Shown here piece after piece: positions 40,841 to 59,700 of a stretch of DNA of 64,000 bases (positions within the stretch are counted from its first letter, which is position 1; every line of letters starts with the position of its first letter). The stretch lies in NCBI RefSeq assembly GCF_009914755.1, contig NC_060944.1; one strand, given 5' to 3'. A program made the translations under genes and the position numbers. The stretch is from the human T2T-CHM13v2.0 reference genome, Homo sapiens. The notes beneath the pieces are model-generated. The model was not told the DNA's origin. It ran no database searches and was given only the letters and a program-made list of their open reading frames with translations.

Positions 40841-41945
40841 AATGTTACTCAAAGAAATTGGAGAAATAATTTTTAAAACAAGAGATTTATTTGAGGAGCT
40901 TAGAGAAGGGGAAAAGTTTGGATATCTAATGATTTTTATTTTAAGGTCAAGGTATGATTTGACTTTGCTCTGTAAAGCAATTTTCTTTTCTCCGGGAGAA
41001 TGTTTGCAGCAAACATTTATTAATTAGCTACCATGTTCATGGCCCACAGAACTCTCCATGGTACTAGTTCTCTACCAGGCACACAAATAAATCCTCAGCT
41101 AAGTAAGTTTATCTTGGATGACTTTTTCTCTCAGTTTGATAAGAATTCAGCTTGCCATCCTCTGGCCTAGCTGAGCCACAGGATGTTGAAAGAAGATCAA
41201 TGCTGCCTGGTAAGTACATTCAGAAACACAACTTCCCCCAGATATTCCAGTGTTTCTGCTGATGCCCAAATCCCTAGGTCATGTCAGCTATGAAAACATC
41301 AGCAAATGTATGGAGTATTAACTGGAAAGGAGTGTTGTTGCTTCTTACTTTTTATAAGCCCAGAAGATTCCAAGAACAGGGAAAATATCTAAAACCAAGT
41401 CAGAAAAGGACGTAAGTGCAGAGCCCATTGGTGACTGCCGTTATCTGCTTTGAAACCCCAGGAGTTGGCGATGTTGTTTGCAAGGAGACAGCTATGCTTC
41501 CTTTCTTGTTTTAGTCTTGGGCTGAGACAAATATGACATTTCCTAGATTTGGGGCCCAGAGCTACAGAAAACATGGCCCCAAACCAAAAACTTCAAATTT
41601 TAAGTCATTCATCCTTGAGGAATATGCTGATACCTCATTTACCCCTTGTGACTCCTAAACCCTGGACATACCTTTTTATGCTATTAAAAGAAGGCTTCTA
41701 GTTTTGTTTACTCCAGTCTCCTAGATGTTGTCATTCCCCTTGAATCTCCTGAGAGGCTGGAGATTATATTTGGTCTGGCAAATGGTTTTCTTTCTACCCC
41801 CTTTCTCCTTACATTTATTGTAAAAATATTTTAATAGACAATACATGTATATGGTTACAAAATTAAGCAGCATGAAAAGGTGCACACTGCCATCATGAAT
41901 ACTCTTATCATCATCATCACCTTTATTGGATAGTGAAAAGTCTGT

Positions 41946-42269
<324 letters not shown>

Positions 42270-43040
42270 CTAAACTTGCTTTCTGGTTGACCAGTTCTCC
42301 TTCCCTGAGGCAACCACTGTTACAAGTTTCTTTTTCATGATTTCTTGTGGATTTATTCGTGTTATTCACGATATGTGTGTTTGTCACATGAATGATGGCA
42401 ATCTACACATACTGTTTTGTACCTTTTCTTACTTTGTAATATTTCTTGGAGATCATTTCATGGAGATGGATGTTGGTCTTTCTCAGTTTTTTATGTGTTG
42501 CCTGATAATCTGTGGAAAAGGTTCTTCTCCACTGCCCTGTTGGTTGACACTGGGGTTGTTTCCAAACATTCATCGATGAATCAGTGCTACCTCGAATAAT
42601 CTTTTAACCATGTATGCATCTTTATTTTCAGGTTTGAGTTTATTTGTAACATATGTTCTGATGACTGCAACTGCAAGACCAAATTATATGTGCATTTTAA
42701 GTTTGTCTAGATGTAAAACATTGGCCTGCAAAGATATTATATCAACTTATAAAAAGAAAAATTAATGGCAGCACTGTTTGTCAATGCCCTCACCAAACTA
42801 GGTCATTGACAATTCTAAAAGATGGGTCTACAAGGGTAGTGCTTAAAAACATCATTTTTGGTTTAGGTTCAAGCCATGTTTACACTTGAAATGGTATGAT
42901 ATCTTACATGGTATGAGAGTGAGCAGGTGGGGGCATATCTGGAAAGAGATCAGTGTGCTTTGGTAGTTGTTGAAGTGAAGCTGAGTGATGAGTGCATGGT
43001 AGTTCACGTTTCCATGCTCTGTACTTTTGTAGGTGCTTAC

Positions 43041-43354
<314 letters not shown>

Positions 43355-43824
43355 TCTTTTTCCTTTTTATAACAGGAATGTCCAAGCCATATATGAAACA
43401 GATCCGACCCACATAATAAAAATATGGACCATAAATCATCACGAGTTGTTTTCTCCTTGTATTTAGCAAAAGCTCCTCCTGTGCTCATGGCAGGCTGAGT
43501 GCCTGGCCCGTGTCTTCGTACTCTGCACAGTATCCTTGTGAGGCTGAGATCAGTGTTTTTATTTCTGTCTCACAGATGAGAAAACAGTGGTCCAGAGAGA
43601 TTAAGTAGGTAGCAGAACCAGGGAATGCAGACTTCTCACAAAGCAATACACTGCTTCTGCCTGACCATCACTTTGCCTGGCTGCTGCCTCTTTGGCTACC
43701 ATCTGTCTGCCAGTCTCTGGGGACACTAGTTACTCTGACAGTCTAGCTACCAGATAGGCTCCAGTAAGATGGGAAAGACCTGGATAGAAATAAAGGCATT
43801 CTATGAACATTACACCAGCAACTC

Positions 43825-44410
43825 TTTTTAAAAAATAGATTTTATTTTTTAGAGCTGTTTTAAATTTACACAAAAATCTTACAAAAAGTGAGTTCCCATA
43901 TACCTCCTCTCCCCTTCCCAGTTTCTCCTATTATTAACGTGTTGCATTGTGTGCACATTTGTTACAACTGATCAACAAATGTTGATGAATTATTAACTCA
44001 AGTCCACAGTTTACATCAGGGCTTACACTTGCTGTTTACATTCTACGGGTTTTGACAAATGCATAATGGAATGTATTCACCATTACAGTATCATAGAGGA
44101 TAGTTTCACCGACCCCCCAATCCCCTGTCCTCTGCTTCTGCAGAACCCCTGGCAACCACAGATCTTTTGGTTGTCACTATGGTTTTGTCTTTTCCAAGAT
44201 GTCATATAGATTGAATCATGCAGTATGTGGACTTCTCAGACTGTATTCTTTGACTAAGCAAGATGCCTTTAAGTTTCCTCCATGTCTTTCCTGTCTCGAT
44301 AGCTCATTTCTTTTTATTGTTGCTTAATAGTCCATTGTCGGGATGTACCCCAATTTGTTTATCCATTTACCTGTGGAAGGACATCTTGGCTTCATCCCAT
44401 TTTTTGGCAT
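43825..44410 (-). mobile_element. L1MC-like 3' end
   Basis: tttattttttagagctgttttaaatttacac...catttgttacaactgat...aagtccacagtttacat. Confidence 0.85.
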
Positions 44411-44459
44411 ATGGTCATTTTTCAGTATTTTCCAAATGGTTAGATTTCATACGTGAATC

Positions 44460-44990
44460 TCATTGCTCTTAGAAGGTCATTCAGATGTGCTCCTGACCTG
44501 GACCCAAATGGCCTGGACCCACTGTCATCACCTCCCTGTCTGGCCTCTTCTCCCACTCCATCTTCTTTCCCCACTCTGCAGACCCTCCAGCCTCCTTCCT
44601 GTTCTTTTGTGCACCATGTTGGATCCTGCACCTTCATCCTTTTTTCTTCTTTTTATTCAGAAGACTCTCACCCCAAGTCTTCTCACATCCAGATCTCAGC
44701 TGAAATGACACATCCTCTAAGATGCCCTCCTGACCCCCTTACTGAAAGGGTTGCATGCTGCCAAGCAAATGTCCCTCACAGACTGCTCTGGGATTTCCTT
44801 TACTGCACTTTTCACTCTCTGAAGTGGCCTTGCCTGTTTAGCTGGCCATCATCTGTCCCCCACCTCTGGAATGTCAGCTTCGCAGAGGGAGGGACCACAT
44901 CTGGCTTATCCCTGGCTGTATCCTAGCCCTAGAACAGTGCCTGGGGCCTCACAGAATATTTGCTGGATAAGTAAGTGATGGATTGATTAG
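44460..44990 (+). mobile_element. L2 3' fragment
   Basis: cattgctcttagaa...agatctcagctgaaatgacac...ctagaacagtgcctgg. Confidence 0.75.
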
Positions 44991-46099
44991 TCTGACTACT
45001 CCAGTGCTTCTCAAGTTGATGGCTTTCCATCTACACATATTGTATTCATCCGTGAAAAGAGAGAAGAAACCAGGAAAAGCACATCTCCAATGATGAGGGT
45101 TATGTCTCTGGCAGCCTGTATTTTGGACCTGGGTGGGATCATAGTGTGTGTTCTTGTAGCTTTTGCCTGAGTTTCGTCTACATGGCCCTACTTATGGAGT
45201 CTAAGATGGAGCTGACAGTGATGTATCATTCTAAACAAGCGTGTTGTTGCAAGAATCCATTTCAAAGAGATCCTCTTTTAAATGCTACTTCTCTCCCTTC
45301 CTCTTCATCTTTTCTAGCCTTTGAAAGGTGTTTATGTTGATTCTGCCATTCTCCATTCCTGAGGCACAGATAAGCATCATAAATATGTTAGTTTTGAACA
45401 GGTCCTGAAATTTGCCGACATAATTCCCATTTTCTTGTCAGTACTTCCAAGCATGAATAGCCTTTTTTTTCGGTATGGTGAATTATCTACAGTTAGGGAT
45501 GGTTTAAAGGTATTTTTATGAGGACGTTTAGTCATTGGGATCACTTGTTCCTGAGTCATGCATTTATTTTAAGTCTAAGTCTTTTGAAAGGTCATTTAGA
45601 TTTTTCAAAAATAGTAGTCGTATCGTTGTCTCATATTCTTTCTCCTTGCCCATTTTTTGCTTTTAACAAAGGAAATTATTTTCAAGGAAAGCATCTTCAG
45701 ATAATGCACAACCAGCCCAGGGGAAACCTAGCTTTATAGACACACTAGTGAGATCGTTGTGTAATTTGATGGGGGAAGGTTTGTAAGGTTTGTGTTCTGT
45801 GTAGAAAATGGTGAGATTTTAAACCAAAGTTTCATTCCAGTTATGAAAATAAGACATGTGCATGATAAATATTTTCAGATCAGTGAAAGAAATAAAATAA
45901 TTTTTACCCATAGTTCTTCTAGATATCATTAATATTTTGGTGTATTTCCTTGGGGTGTGTGTGTGTGAGTGTGTGTGTGTGTAATTTCATCAGACTGGAA
46001 ACTCTGAGCAGTCAGAGTTCTTGTCTGTCGTCCTCATTGCTCTATAGAGAGTACTCCTGAGAAGACACTCAGTGCCAATTTACTGACTGAATGAAAGTT

Positions 46100-47890
<1,791 letters not shown>

Positions 47891-49551
47891 GGTGAACAAT
47901 GAAAGGGGTGCTTCCTGTGAAATGTTCCCATGGGGCTCATAGTGCACCTGAGCCGAGACACTCCTGGTTCAAGGGCAGTTCTGCTGCCCTCTGTCTGTGG
48001 AGAAGGCTTGTCTGTTGAACCTCTCACTGCCATTTCCCTTCCTGCAGGCTGTGAGCCCAAGAATGAAGGGCTGCTGGATCACTGGTCTTTCTGTTTTGCT
48101 GTGAGAGGAATTGGTGGTGGCCCCCTCATGCTTGGCCTTTGAGCCTGAGGAGGGACGAGGATCTACCCTGGGTGTCCAGTTACTCTTTGAGCCAAGTGGT
48201 GGATGAAGACTTTGGGGGTGTGGTTGACTCAGAGGCCAGAGCTGAAGTGAGCAGAAAGAGCCCACACCACCTTCCAAAGCACCAATTCCAAGTCAGCAGG
48301 TGACCTTCCAGAAGAATTGTGCAATAGGCTTTAACTTTTATTGTGCAAACAAGTTTCTCACATAATTAACTCAATGGCCTCCAGATGAAAACAGTGACAT
48401 TAAGACCCCACTGGCTTCCTCTGAATTCCCTGACGAACTCAAACTTTTCCCATACTGGCCTGTAGTATCTGGATTTCTGCAAAAGACAATAGGGTTGATT
48501 TTGGAGTTTCAGACTGTGGAACTCTGTCCTAGTTAATGAGAAGAGTCTGATAAGGCCACCCAGAGGGCAAGTGAGGTCTAGGACGCTGCATAAACAAATT
48601 AGGAAATGACAGAGAGGCACCAAAACTGCAGCACGTTTCAGCTGTGTGTTCCTTTCTGTGTCTCTCTGATTCAATGTGGCCAGTGTTTTCTGGAGACTTT
48701 TGCAAAGGTGGGAATGGGGACACATGGCACTGTGACCCCATCTAGGTGGTTGGGCCTGGAGGCTACTCATCAACCCACCACCCAGAGAACAGACCATGCA
48801 TTCCCAGCTCCCAGGAGCCAGTGCTGCTCCCGGTTCCTGCCTGGATCACATTAGTGTTCATGGTTGTTAAGCTTGTTCCTATAAAGAGAGCCCTCTCCCC
48901 AAGAGCTGGTAATTGGGGAAAGAAGGGCTTTTTTTCTGCTTTGCTTGTTCCAATCTTGTGTTTTTGCTTAGAATATGAACACACATGGTCACACACATAC
49001 ATGAAAAGCCAGAACAACCAGAGGACCTTCTGTTTGAGCACCCAGACTAGACGCACAGCAGGGAAACCATGCCCAGCCTGGTTCCCTGGGGTCTGGGCTC
49101 TTGGTTCTTTCCTTTGCGATTGAGGAGGAGGCAACCTGCTTTCTCTCCTGGATTTAAAACACCCTCTACCTCTCAAGTCCTCACATCATCTGTGGACCTT
49201 ATCCTCAGTGCTTCTCTAGAAATGTCTTATTGTTTTCTAACTAAAGAGAATATGAAATTTATTTGCATAAAGAATCTTTTAGTAATGAGTACAGGAAAAA
49301 AAATAGTCCGACTTGAGCTGGTGTAAATGAAGAGAGGCATTGATTGGTTCACCGAGCTGAAAAGCTAAGGGCATCAGGCAGGTGGCTGCATTCAGTGATG
49401 TGGACCACGCCAGCAGGGCTCTGCTGTCTTGTGCCTGGCTCTGTGTCCATCTGATTTGGCTTCATCCCCCATCAGGTTCTCCCCATAAGGGAGGAAATGA
49501 CTGTGTAGAGCCCCTGACTCATATTCTCATAGCTTAGCAATCCTTACTTAG

Positions 49552-50234
<683 letters not shown>

Positions 50235-50559
50235 CTGGGAAAACACATATTTTAAATTTTCCTAACAGTTCCAGAAAAAGTCCTGGAATGGATTCTCATT
50301 GGCCCAGCCTGGTCACATGTCCATCCCCTGAACCAGTCATGGTGGCCAGTGAAATGTGATGCTCTGATTTGATTGGCCAGGCCTACCTCTGTCTGTACAG
50401 CTGGGTCACTGGGGTGACAGATGGGAGCATCAGCTCCATCCAAGCCAATGGACTGCTGATGGGGACAGGGGGAGTTCATCAGGATAAGCTGGGCACGTGC
50501 TACTGTAGTGATCTGAACTTTTGAGGGGCTCACAACCATGGTGCCTGTGTCTCTCTAAT

Positions 50560-51650
50560 TCGGCATGTTGATCATGGGATAGCAAAGGGACGCTGCTTAT
50601 GGAAGTTCTCTGGGCACCAGCTGGACCGAGGCACCACATCCACATATCCTCCACAATCACAGAGGCAGGAAGGGGGAACATGGAGAACCGTGCCCTGGCT
50701 GGGAAAGCATCCACCCAGAAGGGGCAGATGCCACTTGCACTCCTATTCAGTTGGCCAGAATAAGTCCCATGTGCAGGCCTGGGTTCTACAGGTGGGGATG
50801 TGTAATTCCCTCCCGCTGAGAGGCACAGAGCATTTGTGAGTCATAATAGAGTCTGCTTTCGGTTGCCCTGCTGGTCCCCAGATATTTAGGTCCTGCTTCA
50901 TGGGAGACAGCCCCAAAGTCCCACTCAGTCACTACTCACAGCTCATTGTCTAGGATCTTTGGGTGATGAATCATTATCTTTACATCGTGTTTGGACATGG
51001 CTCTTCTTTATTCAGAGACTTATGACAAGTGATCTGCCCCCACCATCAAACACCTAAGATTTAATCTTGAAACAGGGATAGGATAACTGCAGTAAACGTT
51101 CAGAAAAGGGACGATGAACTGTCAAATGATCGCTACCCTGAAGTTCTCCCATGCAAATACAGTGACATTCCCTTCTCTGGGGGAAAGAGAGTTCCTTCAT
51201 TGAGCTGGTTTGGCTCCATGGGACTACCTTCCAGTCTTCATTGGCCTTCTTCATTGGCTTTAGCGCCACCTTTCTGAAGTCTTCCCTTTTTGGTTATCCT
51301 TGCTGGCGGAATCAAAAGAAGATATTGGAAGACATGCTCTTCATAGAGTATGAGCAGGTGTCTCAGCCTAGAAAAATGGAGACCCAGGGATTATTTTCTA
51401 CAACGTTCAGTCTCTTTTATTCAATCTGGTGATGGCTTGGACAATAAAAATCTCTCAAAACTTTTTTGGTCCCAGTTGGCTTCATCTGCCAAAACACACC
51501 TACAGTTTTTCTGAGATGTACCTTTTCCATAGATCTAAGACCCTGATCTTGTCAGGCTCCCATAAAAGAGCTATAACCATGGTCCCTTTGCCAATGAATT
51601 TTGTCCTAGTTTGCTAACACCACATAAATCCATTTGGGATTTTTAACCAC
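50560..51650 (-). mobile_element. Old MLT1 LTR remnant plus MLT1 internal-like sequence
   Basis: ccacttgcactcctattcagttggccagaa; cccaaagtcccactcagtcact; weak recall only. Confidence 0.4.
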
Positions 51651-53189
51651 AGGTGTGACAGCAGACCAATTCTAAACCACGCTTTGCCAGTTAAAACCTT
51701 TTTGGCTTTCTTTTGTTGCTTTTCTCATTGGTTCTAAGAAGCCAGGGTTTTTTTTCCAATCTTACAAAACTTTGAAGTTCTAGATTCTCTTTTATTTTTG
51801 CCAGACCCTGTTATCTGCATAGACACTTTCCCAGAAGTACTGGTTATATTATTGAATAAAGAGAGTAGTTTGTTACCTTCATCTTAGGAAGGGCAATTTG
51901 GTGACTTCAAATGTGAGAGTTAGCACCTACTTGGGAGTAGGAATTGTCCTTAGTATGTTTTAGGAAGAAATTAGATTTTTCATGCCTTGAGCCTCCCCTT
52001 TGTCCAGGATGCATGAAGGACCTGATGGGAATTCTGGGTGGTGTTGGGGGAGATGGTGCAGGTGGAACACTAGTTTCCTGAGGTTGACTCAGCACTTTCC
52101 ATTCTGCTGAGTCAGAGTCTCGGTGCCTTCCTTGATTAGGTAAAGCCATCCCTTGGCATCTCTGAAGTGCAGCTTATAGGCTACTTGTAGTGATATGGGA
52201 CATGGTCTTTTATGGGGTCATGTGTATTTTGTCATCTGGTCCTTTTGCAGAACCTGTTGTGTTCTGACATTCCTGAGTTGGCAGAGGAAAAAATCAGGTC
52301 TCAGGGAACATGTTGGTAAGTGGCAAAGTCAGGGTTGTTGCTCAGGTCTTCCTGGCTTGAGGTCTTTTCTTCTTTCTATTTTTGCAGATTGGTTTCTGGA
52401 AAGATTTATTTAAATCCTCTCTAGTTCACCCCTATTCTTGAATCAAAAGGCTTATCTTAACAAGCACAAAAAGCCCCATTTATTCAGGTATTGTAAACAA
52501 GAATGGAAAAGATAGATGTGGCCTCATTTACTCATCCCATTCTCCTGCTTTTTATCCCACACCAGGAGTCTACCAGGCTCTAAGCAGACCTCAGGAAGGA
52601 TGGGGCTGTCAGATGTGAGATGTTAGTGGTCCTCATTGGACTGTGACTGGGTCCTGGTTTTTGAAGCTTGTTTTGTTTCTTGGGAGGCAGCAATAAGGTC
52701 AAGCTGGGGCTCAAAGCATCATCGTAACCAGCAAAATGGGGACCACAGCAGCGAGTTCACTGGCTAGGCCCTTTAAAAGGCAGGCACACACTTTCAAATT
52801 TCCCACTATTTTTAACCAGCTTGCTTGCTTGCTTTTAAATTCATGTGTGGTTCCTGGAGGCACTTGACCTCTTTCTACAGAGCCTTCCCCTCTGCTATTT
52901 TAATGAACAGCTGCATCAATGACTCCCTAAATTCCAACTGCATCTTCTTCATCCTCATTAACCTTTACCTTGGCATTCAAGCCTCTTCCAGGCCTCCTCC
53001 TCCTTTTTCTTCCTCACCTCTCTTACCATGGCTTTCCCTCACCCCCTCACCCACTTCTTGATGTTCCTGCATCATACCTTCCTTTATGGGAATGTTCTTT
53101 GCCACCTGTCAGGATCCTACCCACCCCTCAAGGTCTGGTTCAAATGCTACACCTTCAGAAAGATTTTGGGGGAAAAATAAAGTCTTTTT

Positions 53190-54760
53190 TTCTTTTTGAG
53201 TCTAAAAGTATTGCACACTCATTATAGAATATTTATAAATAAAATTAAAGTCATTCCCAGTCATATCAACCAGTTAATCCCTACAAATATTTGCATATTT
53301 TCATTCATCTTTCATGTATACATATATACAGAAAATATTTATAATACTGATGCCATATTGTATATATAATTACATATCCCAATTTTAAATATAGCATGTG
53401 TCTTGAAAATTTTTTGGTATCATTAAATATTTTTCAAATACATAATTTTCACTGGATACTTGAAATTCTGTTCTACCTCTCTTCTACAATTATGTAAACA
53501 TTCCTCTTACTGTTTGGTTGTTTACATTGTTGTGCGTAAGGCTTTGTCTCTATCTCTGATTATGTATGTAGAAATATAAGTATTTTTGAACAGCGTAAAC
53601 TTTTTTAAGCTCTTGACACACATTGCCAAACGTTTTCTCAGAAAGGTGGTATTTGTTTTCACTCCCATATGTACTGTAAGCTCATCTTTCCAAATCTTTT
53701 CCAATCTGATGAGTTGATTTTTAAGAAATCAACTACCAGTTTGGCAAAAATGGAAACTCATTACAGATTCCCCTCAACTTACAGTAGGGTTTTGTCCTGA
53801 TAAACTCATCTTAAGTTGACAATATCATGTCAAAAATGCATTTAATATACCTAATCTACTGAACATCATAGCGTCGCCTGTCATAAATGTGCTCAAAACA
53901 CTTATGTTAGCCTACATTTAGGCAAAAATCATCTACCACAGCCTATTTTATAATAAAATATCAAATATCTCATATAATTTATCAAATACTGTTTACCCCG
54001 TCAAAATTGCAATGGTTTCACGCCATTGTAAAGTTGAAAAGTGTTATGTAGAACCATCGTAAGTCAGGGATAGTCTGTATTTAATTTGTTTCTTTTGGGG
54101 TAACTTGTAGAGTTTAATTTTCTTTTTTAAGTTGTTTACTGCTATATTTTTTCTTCTGAAAACGATTGAAAACATTTGTACTCTTTTCAATGGGGTTAAG
54201 AGAAGAGGAAGATTTTGTGCTTCTTGTTCATTTTAAAGAGGTCTTTATATATTAAGGACTTTTTTTTCATTGATTGTGAATATATTCCAGAGTTCATTAT
54301 TTTACTTTTTTATATGAATTTTGAATGAAAAGTTTTAAAAATTCTTATGTAATTTGGACTAGCCATTCTTTTGTTCTTGATTGGTTCTATTTCTTTTAAG
54401 CTTAAAAATTTTATCTTAACCCTGAATCAGTTTTTTTCCCTAGATTTTCTACAACTGTACTTTTCAAATTAAACTGAAATCTATCTTAGTGGGGGTATGA
54501 AAGATTTCCAGTGTGACTTTTCCCCAAATATCTGATTATGATTCTGCTATGCGTTGCATTGTTGAGAAATGCTTTTCCCATTGGCTTATGGTGCTTTTGT
54601 TCATCTTGACCTAACCTATCCCATATTTCATGTAGATGCACCCCATGATCTGAGTAATGACACTTCCACTGTGGCCATGCAGTTTTGATTATTATAGCTT
54701 TGAGATGCATTTCCAGGTCTGTTAGATACTCTTCCTTGTCATTTTTTTATACTGTGGTCC
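53190..54760 (-). mobile_element. L1ME fragments interrupted by MER47A
   Basis: AT-rich; cttgacacacattgccaaa; gtctttatatattaagga. Confidence 0.55.
53764..54077 (+). mobile_element. MER47A (TcMar-Tigger)
   Basis: cagattcccctcaacttac...ccatcgtaagtcagggatagtctg terminal inverted repeats; TA duplicated on both sides. Confidence 0.88.
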
Positions 54761-55619
54761 CCTCCCAGCCATAACTTTGCACACTCTCGAGAGTTCCAGT
54801 GACTGTTGCAAATGCCTTTAACTCTTCAGCTCACTGTGAACTTCTTGAGGACGGGACTCAATTTGTCCTAATCAACTACACATCCTCTGTATCATAGCCC
54901 ATCATAGCATTGGCCAGATAGAATTCACTGAAAACACATTTGTTATGTTGATTGTGCAATTTCTTTCTGGTCATTTTCTGGGTGACTTGTATTTTTAGAA
55001 AACCTACAATCAGGTGTATTATTTGATTAAATTTAGGAAAGAAATATATGCTGTATTTAATTGGCTTGTGTTTCTCAGCTTCAACCCAAGTTAATTCAAC
55101 TTTCAGTGTTGTTTGTAATTACCAGACATTTAGTACATTAATGAAGACTTCTTTCCAGTAGCCCATTTATATTTACTCTTGAAAAATGATTTACTTTTGA
55201 TTTCAAACCAAAAACATTATCATTCTAATTTCTGGATTCTCTCATTTCTATTTTCAACCCAAAACATTCCGTTGAGATATGAAATAATATTGGATCAGCC
55301 TGGAAGGAGACCTTGGGTGAACAAAGCGAGTTTGCCTCATTTCTCACAACACGGTCTAGGGTCTGAGTTCTCATTTTGAATCAGGGTGGAGGTGGGAAAA
55401 CAGCTCTCCTGGGTGCCTGTTGAATGTGTGCCTTTTTGGGCATCTGTTTACATTCATGAGGGTCCACAGAGGCCCAGAGAAATTCCAACTACTTGAGTTT
55501 GTTTTTCTATCTACATTTTAACACTTAAGTCGATTCCTGGACATATCTGGTACTTCTTGTGTTTTCTACTAGGCATAGGACATTACTTTGCACAGAGCAG
55601 GTGTTCAATAGACACGTTT

Positions 55620-58010
55620 CTTTTAATGTAAAAAAATTTATTGAATATGACCCTCACATAACAAAGCAGCCCAGTAGTCCCCTTGTGTACCCCCACCCAG
55701 GTATTCCCAGAGAGAACCACTGTCTTAATTTACATCGTCTTGATTAGTTTTACTTGTTTTTGAGTCTTACATAATTGGAACTGAACAATATGTAATGTTT
55801 TGTATCTGTCTTCTTTTGTTCAACATTACATTTCTAAGATTGGTCCATGTTACCGGGTTTGATAATATTTCATCATTTTCTTTGCTGTATAGTATTCCAA
55901 TGTGTGAATATATTCTCAATTTATCCAATCTACTGTTAATAACATTTGTGTTATTTCTAGTATTTGGCTGTTATGAGTGATACCTCTGGTAACCTTCTTG
56001 AGCTCGTTTTTGTCTTTTGCTTTTTTTTTTTCTCCTTTTTTGGTAAAGAATTGCTGGGTCATATGGCTTGCATATGTTTGGCATTAGTAGATACTGTGAA
56101 ACAGTATTCCAAAATGTTTGAACCACGGTCAACTCCCACAGCAGCATGGAAGTTCTAGTTGCTCTTTAATCTCCCCCACCCACCCTTGATACTGTCAGCT
56201 TTTTCTAAACAATTTTAGACATCATGATACTTGTATGGAAATATTGCATTGTGGTTTAATTGGTATTTCCTTGAAAACGAATGAGGTTGAGCTCCTTTTT
56301 ATTTTTTCATGGCTATTTGTATGTCTTCTTTATGAAGTACCTGTTGAGTTTTTTGAAAGTTTTAAAAATTGAATTCTAGGAATTTAAAAAATATATATTC
56401 TGGATATGAGTCTTTGGTTGAAGTTCCTCAATGTGCTTTGCCTTTACATTCACTTAATTATATATTTTCAGGAAAAGAAATATTTAATTTTAATGTAGGT
56501 CCATTTAGCAATCTTTTTTCCTTTTTGTATCTTATGTAAGGAGTATTTGCCTACCCACAAACCATAAAGCTTTTCTCCTGTTTTCTTCTAGAAGTGTTAT
56601 TTGTTTTGCTCTGAAATTTGGAATCAGAATTAATTTTATGTATGGTATGAGGGAGGGATCAGGAATCAATTTTCCCATATGGATATCCCATTGATCCTCC
56701 ACCATTTGGTGAAAGGACCATTCTTTTCCTACTGCACAGCTGTGTTCTTTTCTCATAAATCAGTCAGTACACTGCGTGGGTCTATTTCTGGGCTCCATGT
56801 TCTGTTCCATTGGCCTGTCTGAACTTGTTCCAATAGCACATCATCATAATTGTTGGAGATTTAAAATCAGTCATGATATCTGATAGTGGAAATCCTACCA
56901 CTTTGTTTTTTTTCTTCAAGATCATCTTAGTCATTCTTGGTTCTAGACATTTCTATATAAAAATTTGAATTAATTTACACACATACACATAAACCTTTTG
57001 TAAGTTGGATTGGAATTACATTGAACTTGTGGGTCAATTTAGGAACAAATAAAATCTTTAAAACATTCAGTAATTTGGTCTGTGAACATGGTATATCCCA
57101 CCTTGTATTTAGGCTATTTTTCTTTTTTCTCAATAATGTATTCTATGTATAGGTCTTATGCACATCTTTGGCTAGATTTATTCTGGAATATTTTATGCTG
57201 CTTTAATGACATTTAAGTTATCTCGTTTAAATATAATTTTCTAATTCTTTGGTTCTGGCATATAGAAATACAATTTATTTTTGTATATGGACTTCCTATG
57301 TAAGAAACTTGCTAAATTATTCTAATTAAGATTATTTTGGATTTTCTAAAAACATTTCTCTGGAGAAAAAAAGGAAAGCTTCATTTTTTCCTTTCCGATC
57401 CTTAAACATTTTATTCCTTGTTGTTCTGGTTAAAACCTCTAATACAATTTTAAATAAAGACCTTCTTGTCTCATTCCCAATCTCGGAGGGAAAGATTTGA
57501 ATATTTCATCCTTAAGTATGGGTTTGCAATAGATTTTTTGTATATATTCCTCATGAAATTAAAGAAATTTCCTTTTATTCCTAATCTGCTGGCAGTTTCT
57601 AATCATAAGTGTGTTAGGAGTTTTATCAAATGCTATCTCTGTATTTGTGGAAGTGATCCTATAACTTTTCTAATTTATTCTGTTAATGTGGTGATTTCCA
57701 CTGATTATTTTTAAATGTCAAGCTAATCTTGCATTTCTAGATTAAACCTAACTTGTTTTCCATGTTTTGTCTTTCTGCATTTCTCTGCCTCTGGTTTACT
57801 AATGTTTTCTTTAGGATTTCTGTATCTATGGTCACGAAAGATAGGCCTGTCATTTTCATTTCTAGTGATGCCCTTTTCTGGCTTTGGTATGAAGGTTATG
57901 CTGGCCTCTTAAAATTGATTCCCTCATGTTTTTTATTCTCTCTGACACTTGTGTAAGACTGGTATTATTTCTTCCTTGAGAGCTCGGAGGAATTTACTGT
58001 GGGGCCCATA
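55620..58010 (-). mobile_element. L1M (ME/MD-like) 3'UTR plus ORF2 remnant
   Basis: gaattgctgggtcatatgg, ttttcttctagaagt, ttcttcaagatcatcttag, ttccttttattcctaat. Confidence 0.85.
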
Positions 58011-58322
58011 CATCCTTCATCAGATACTCAAATGTTTAGAAGAGGTGACATCCTTTACGTGAGGTTCCAAGTTAAGAAAAAAAATGTTAAAGGTAGAAGC
58101 AGAGGTGCCTGTCCATATTTTCTCCTAGTGGGAATGATTCATTTGTATATTTATTTATTCAGCAAAAAATATCCTAAATGTTTGTAGCACACCAGACACT
58201 GCAGCAGTTAAGGATACAGCAGAAGTGAAACACACATGCCTGCCTTCTAGGAGTTCACATTCTGGACCAAGGAGTGTTTTCTATTCCAGTTTGAGAGTGT
58301 GTGTCCATGCACCTGGCTGTGA

Positions 58323-58824
<502 letters not shown>

Positions 58825-59529
58825 TGAGAGTCCTGCTCATTATTAATGTCACTTTTTTTAGAGAGGACTTTCTTGGTCCCTGGGCTAAAGGAGATTCTCC
58901 AGTCCCCTAAGCTCAGAGCCCCCATGCTCTTCTCTCCTAGCATTTACATGTTCATAATTCACACATTTATCTGTATGATCATTTTTGTTTTAATGTCATT
59001 TGTTGTCACCAAATTGCGGGCTTCATGATGAAAACAGTTGCACCTCTTCTACTCACCAATGATACTCTTGTGCCCAATGCAAAACCAGGCACACAGTAGG
59101 TGCTCAATAAATGCGCCTTGCTCTCCTTCCTTTCTAAAGGGTTCCAGAAGGCCATTAATAGGCAAAAAACACAAGCGTGGGTGAAGGCTGAATCTATCAT
59201 GCTCCCTGATGGGTCCCCATGCCCAGCACTGGGTGCTCTCTTAGTGTTAGTAAAATACATGAATGAATGAATGAGTGAATTAATGGATGGATGAAGTGCA
59301 ATTGAAATTTATTATGCTCATAAACACAAAAATTAAATAGATTTACTGCATTAAGATTATTTTAAGAAGTTGTTTTATTCCTACATTCATTTTGTTTCCA
59401 ACACAAACAGTACATAAAAATAATTATTTCTTGGATTCATGAAAAATTGAAAGGGCCCTTGAGTGTTTATTTAGTGTATTCTTTTTGGCAGAATTAATGA
59501 TCTTAATAATGAAAACAGCACTGGGTGAC

Positions 59530-59700
59530 TTTTTTAAATTGAAGTTTTTATTGAGATAATTGTAAATGTGCATGCAGCTATGACACATGGCAGGGAGATA
59601 TCTTGTGTACCCTTTCCTCAATTTTCCCCCAGTGCTAAACTAGAATATACACACCTAATTGGGATACTGACACGGATGAAATCCACTGAACTTATCCCAC
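59530..59700 (-). mobile_element. L1MB-like 3' terminal fragment
   Basis: ttttattgagataattgtaaatgtgcatgcag...tgtaccctt. Confidence 0.6.
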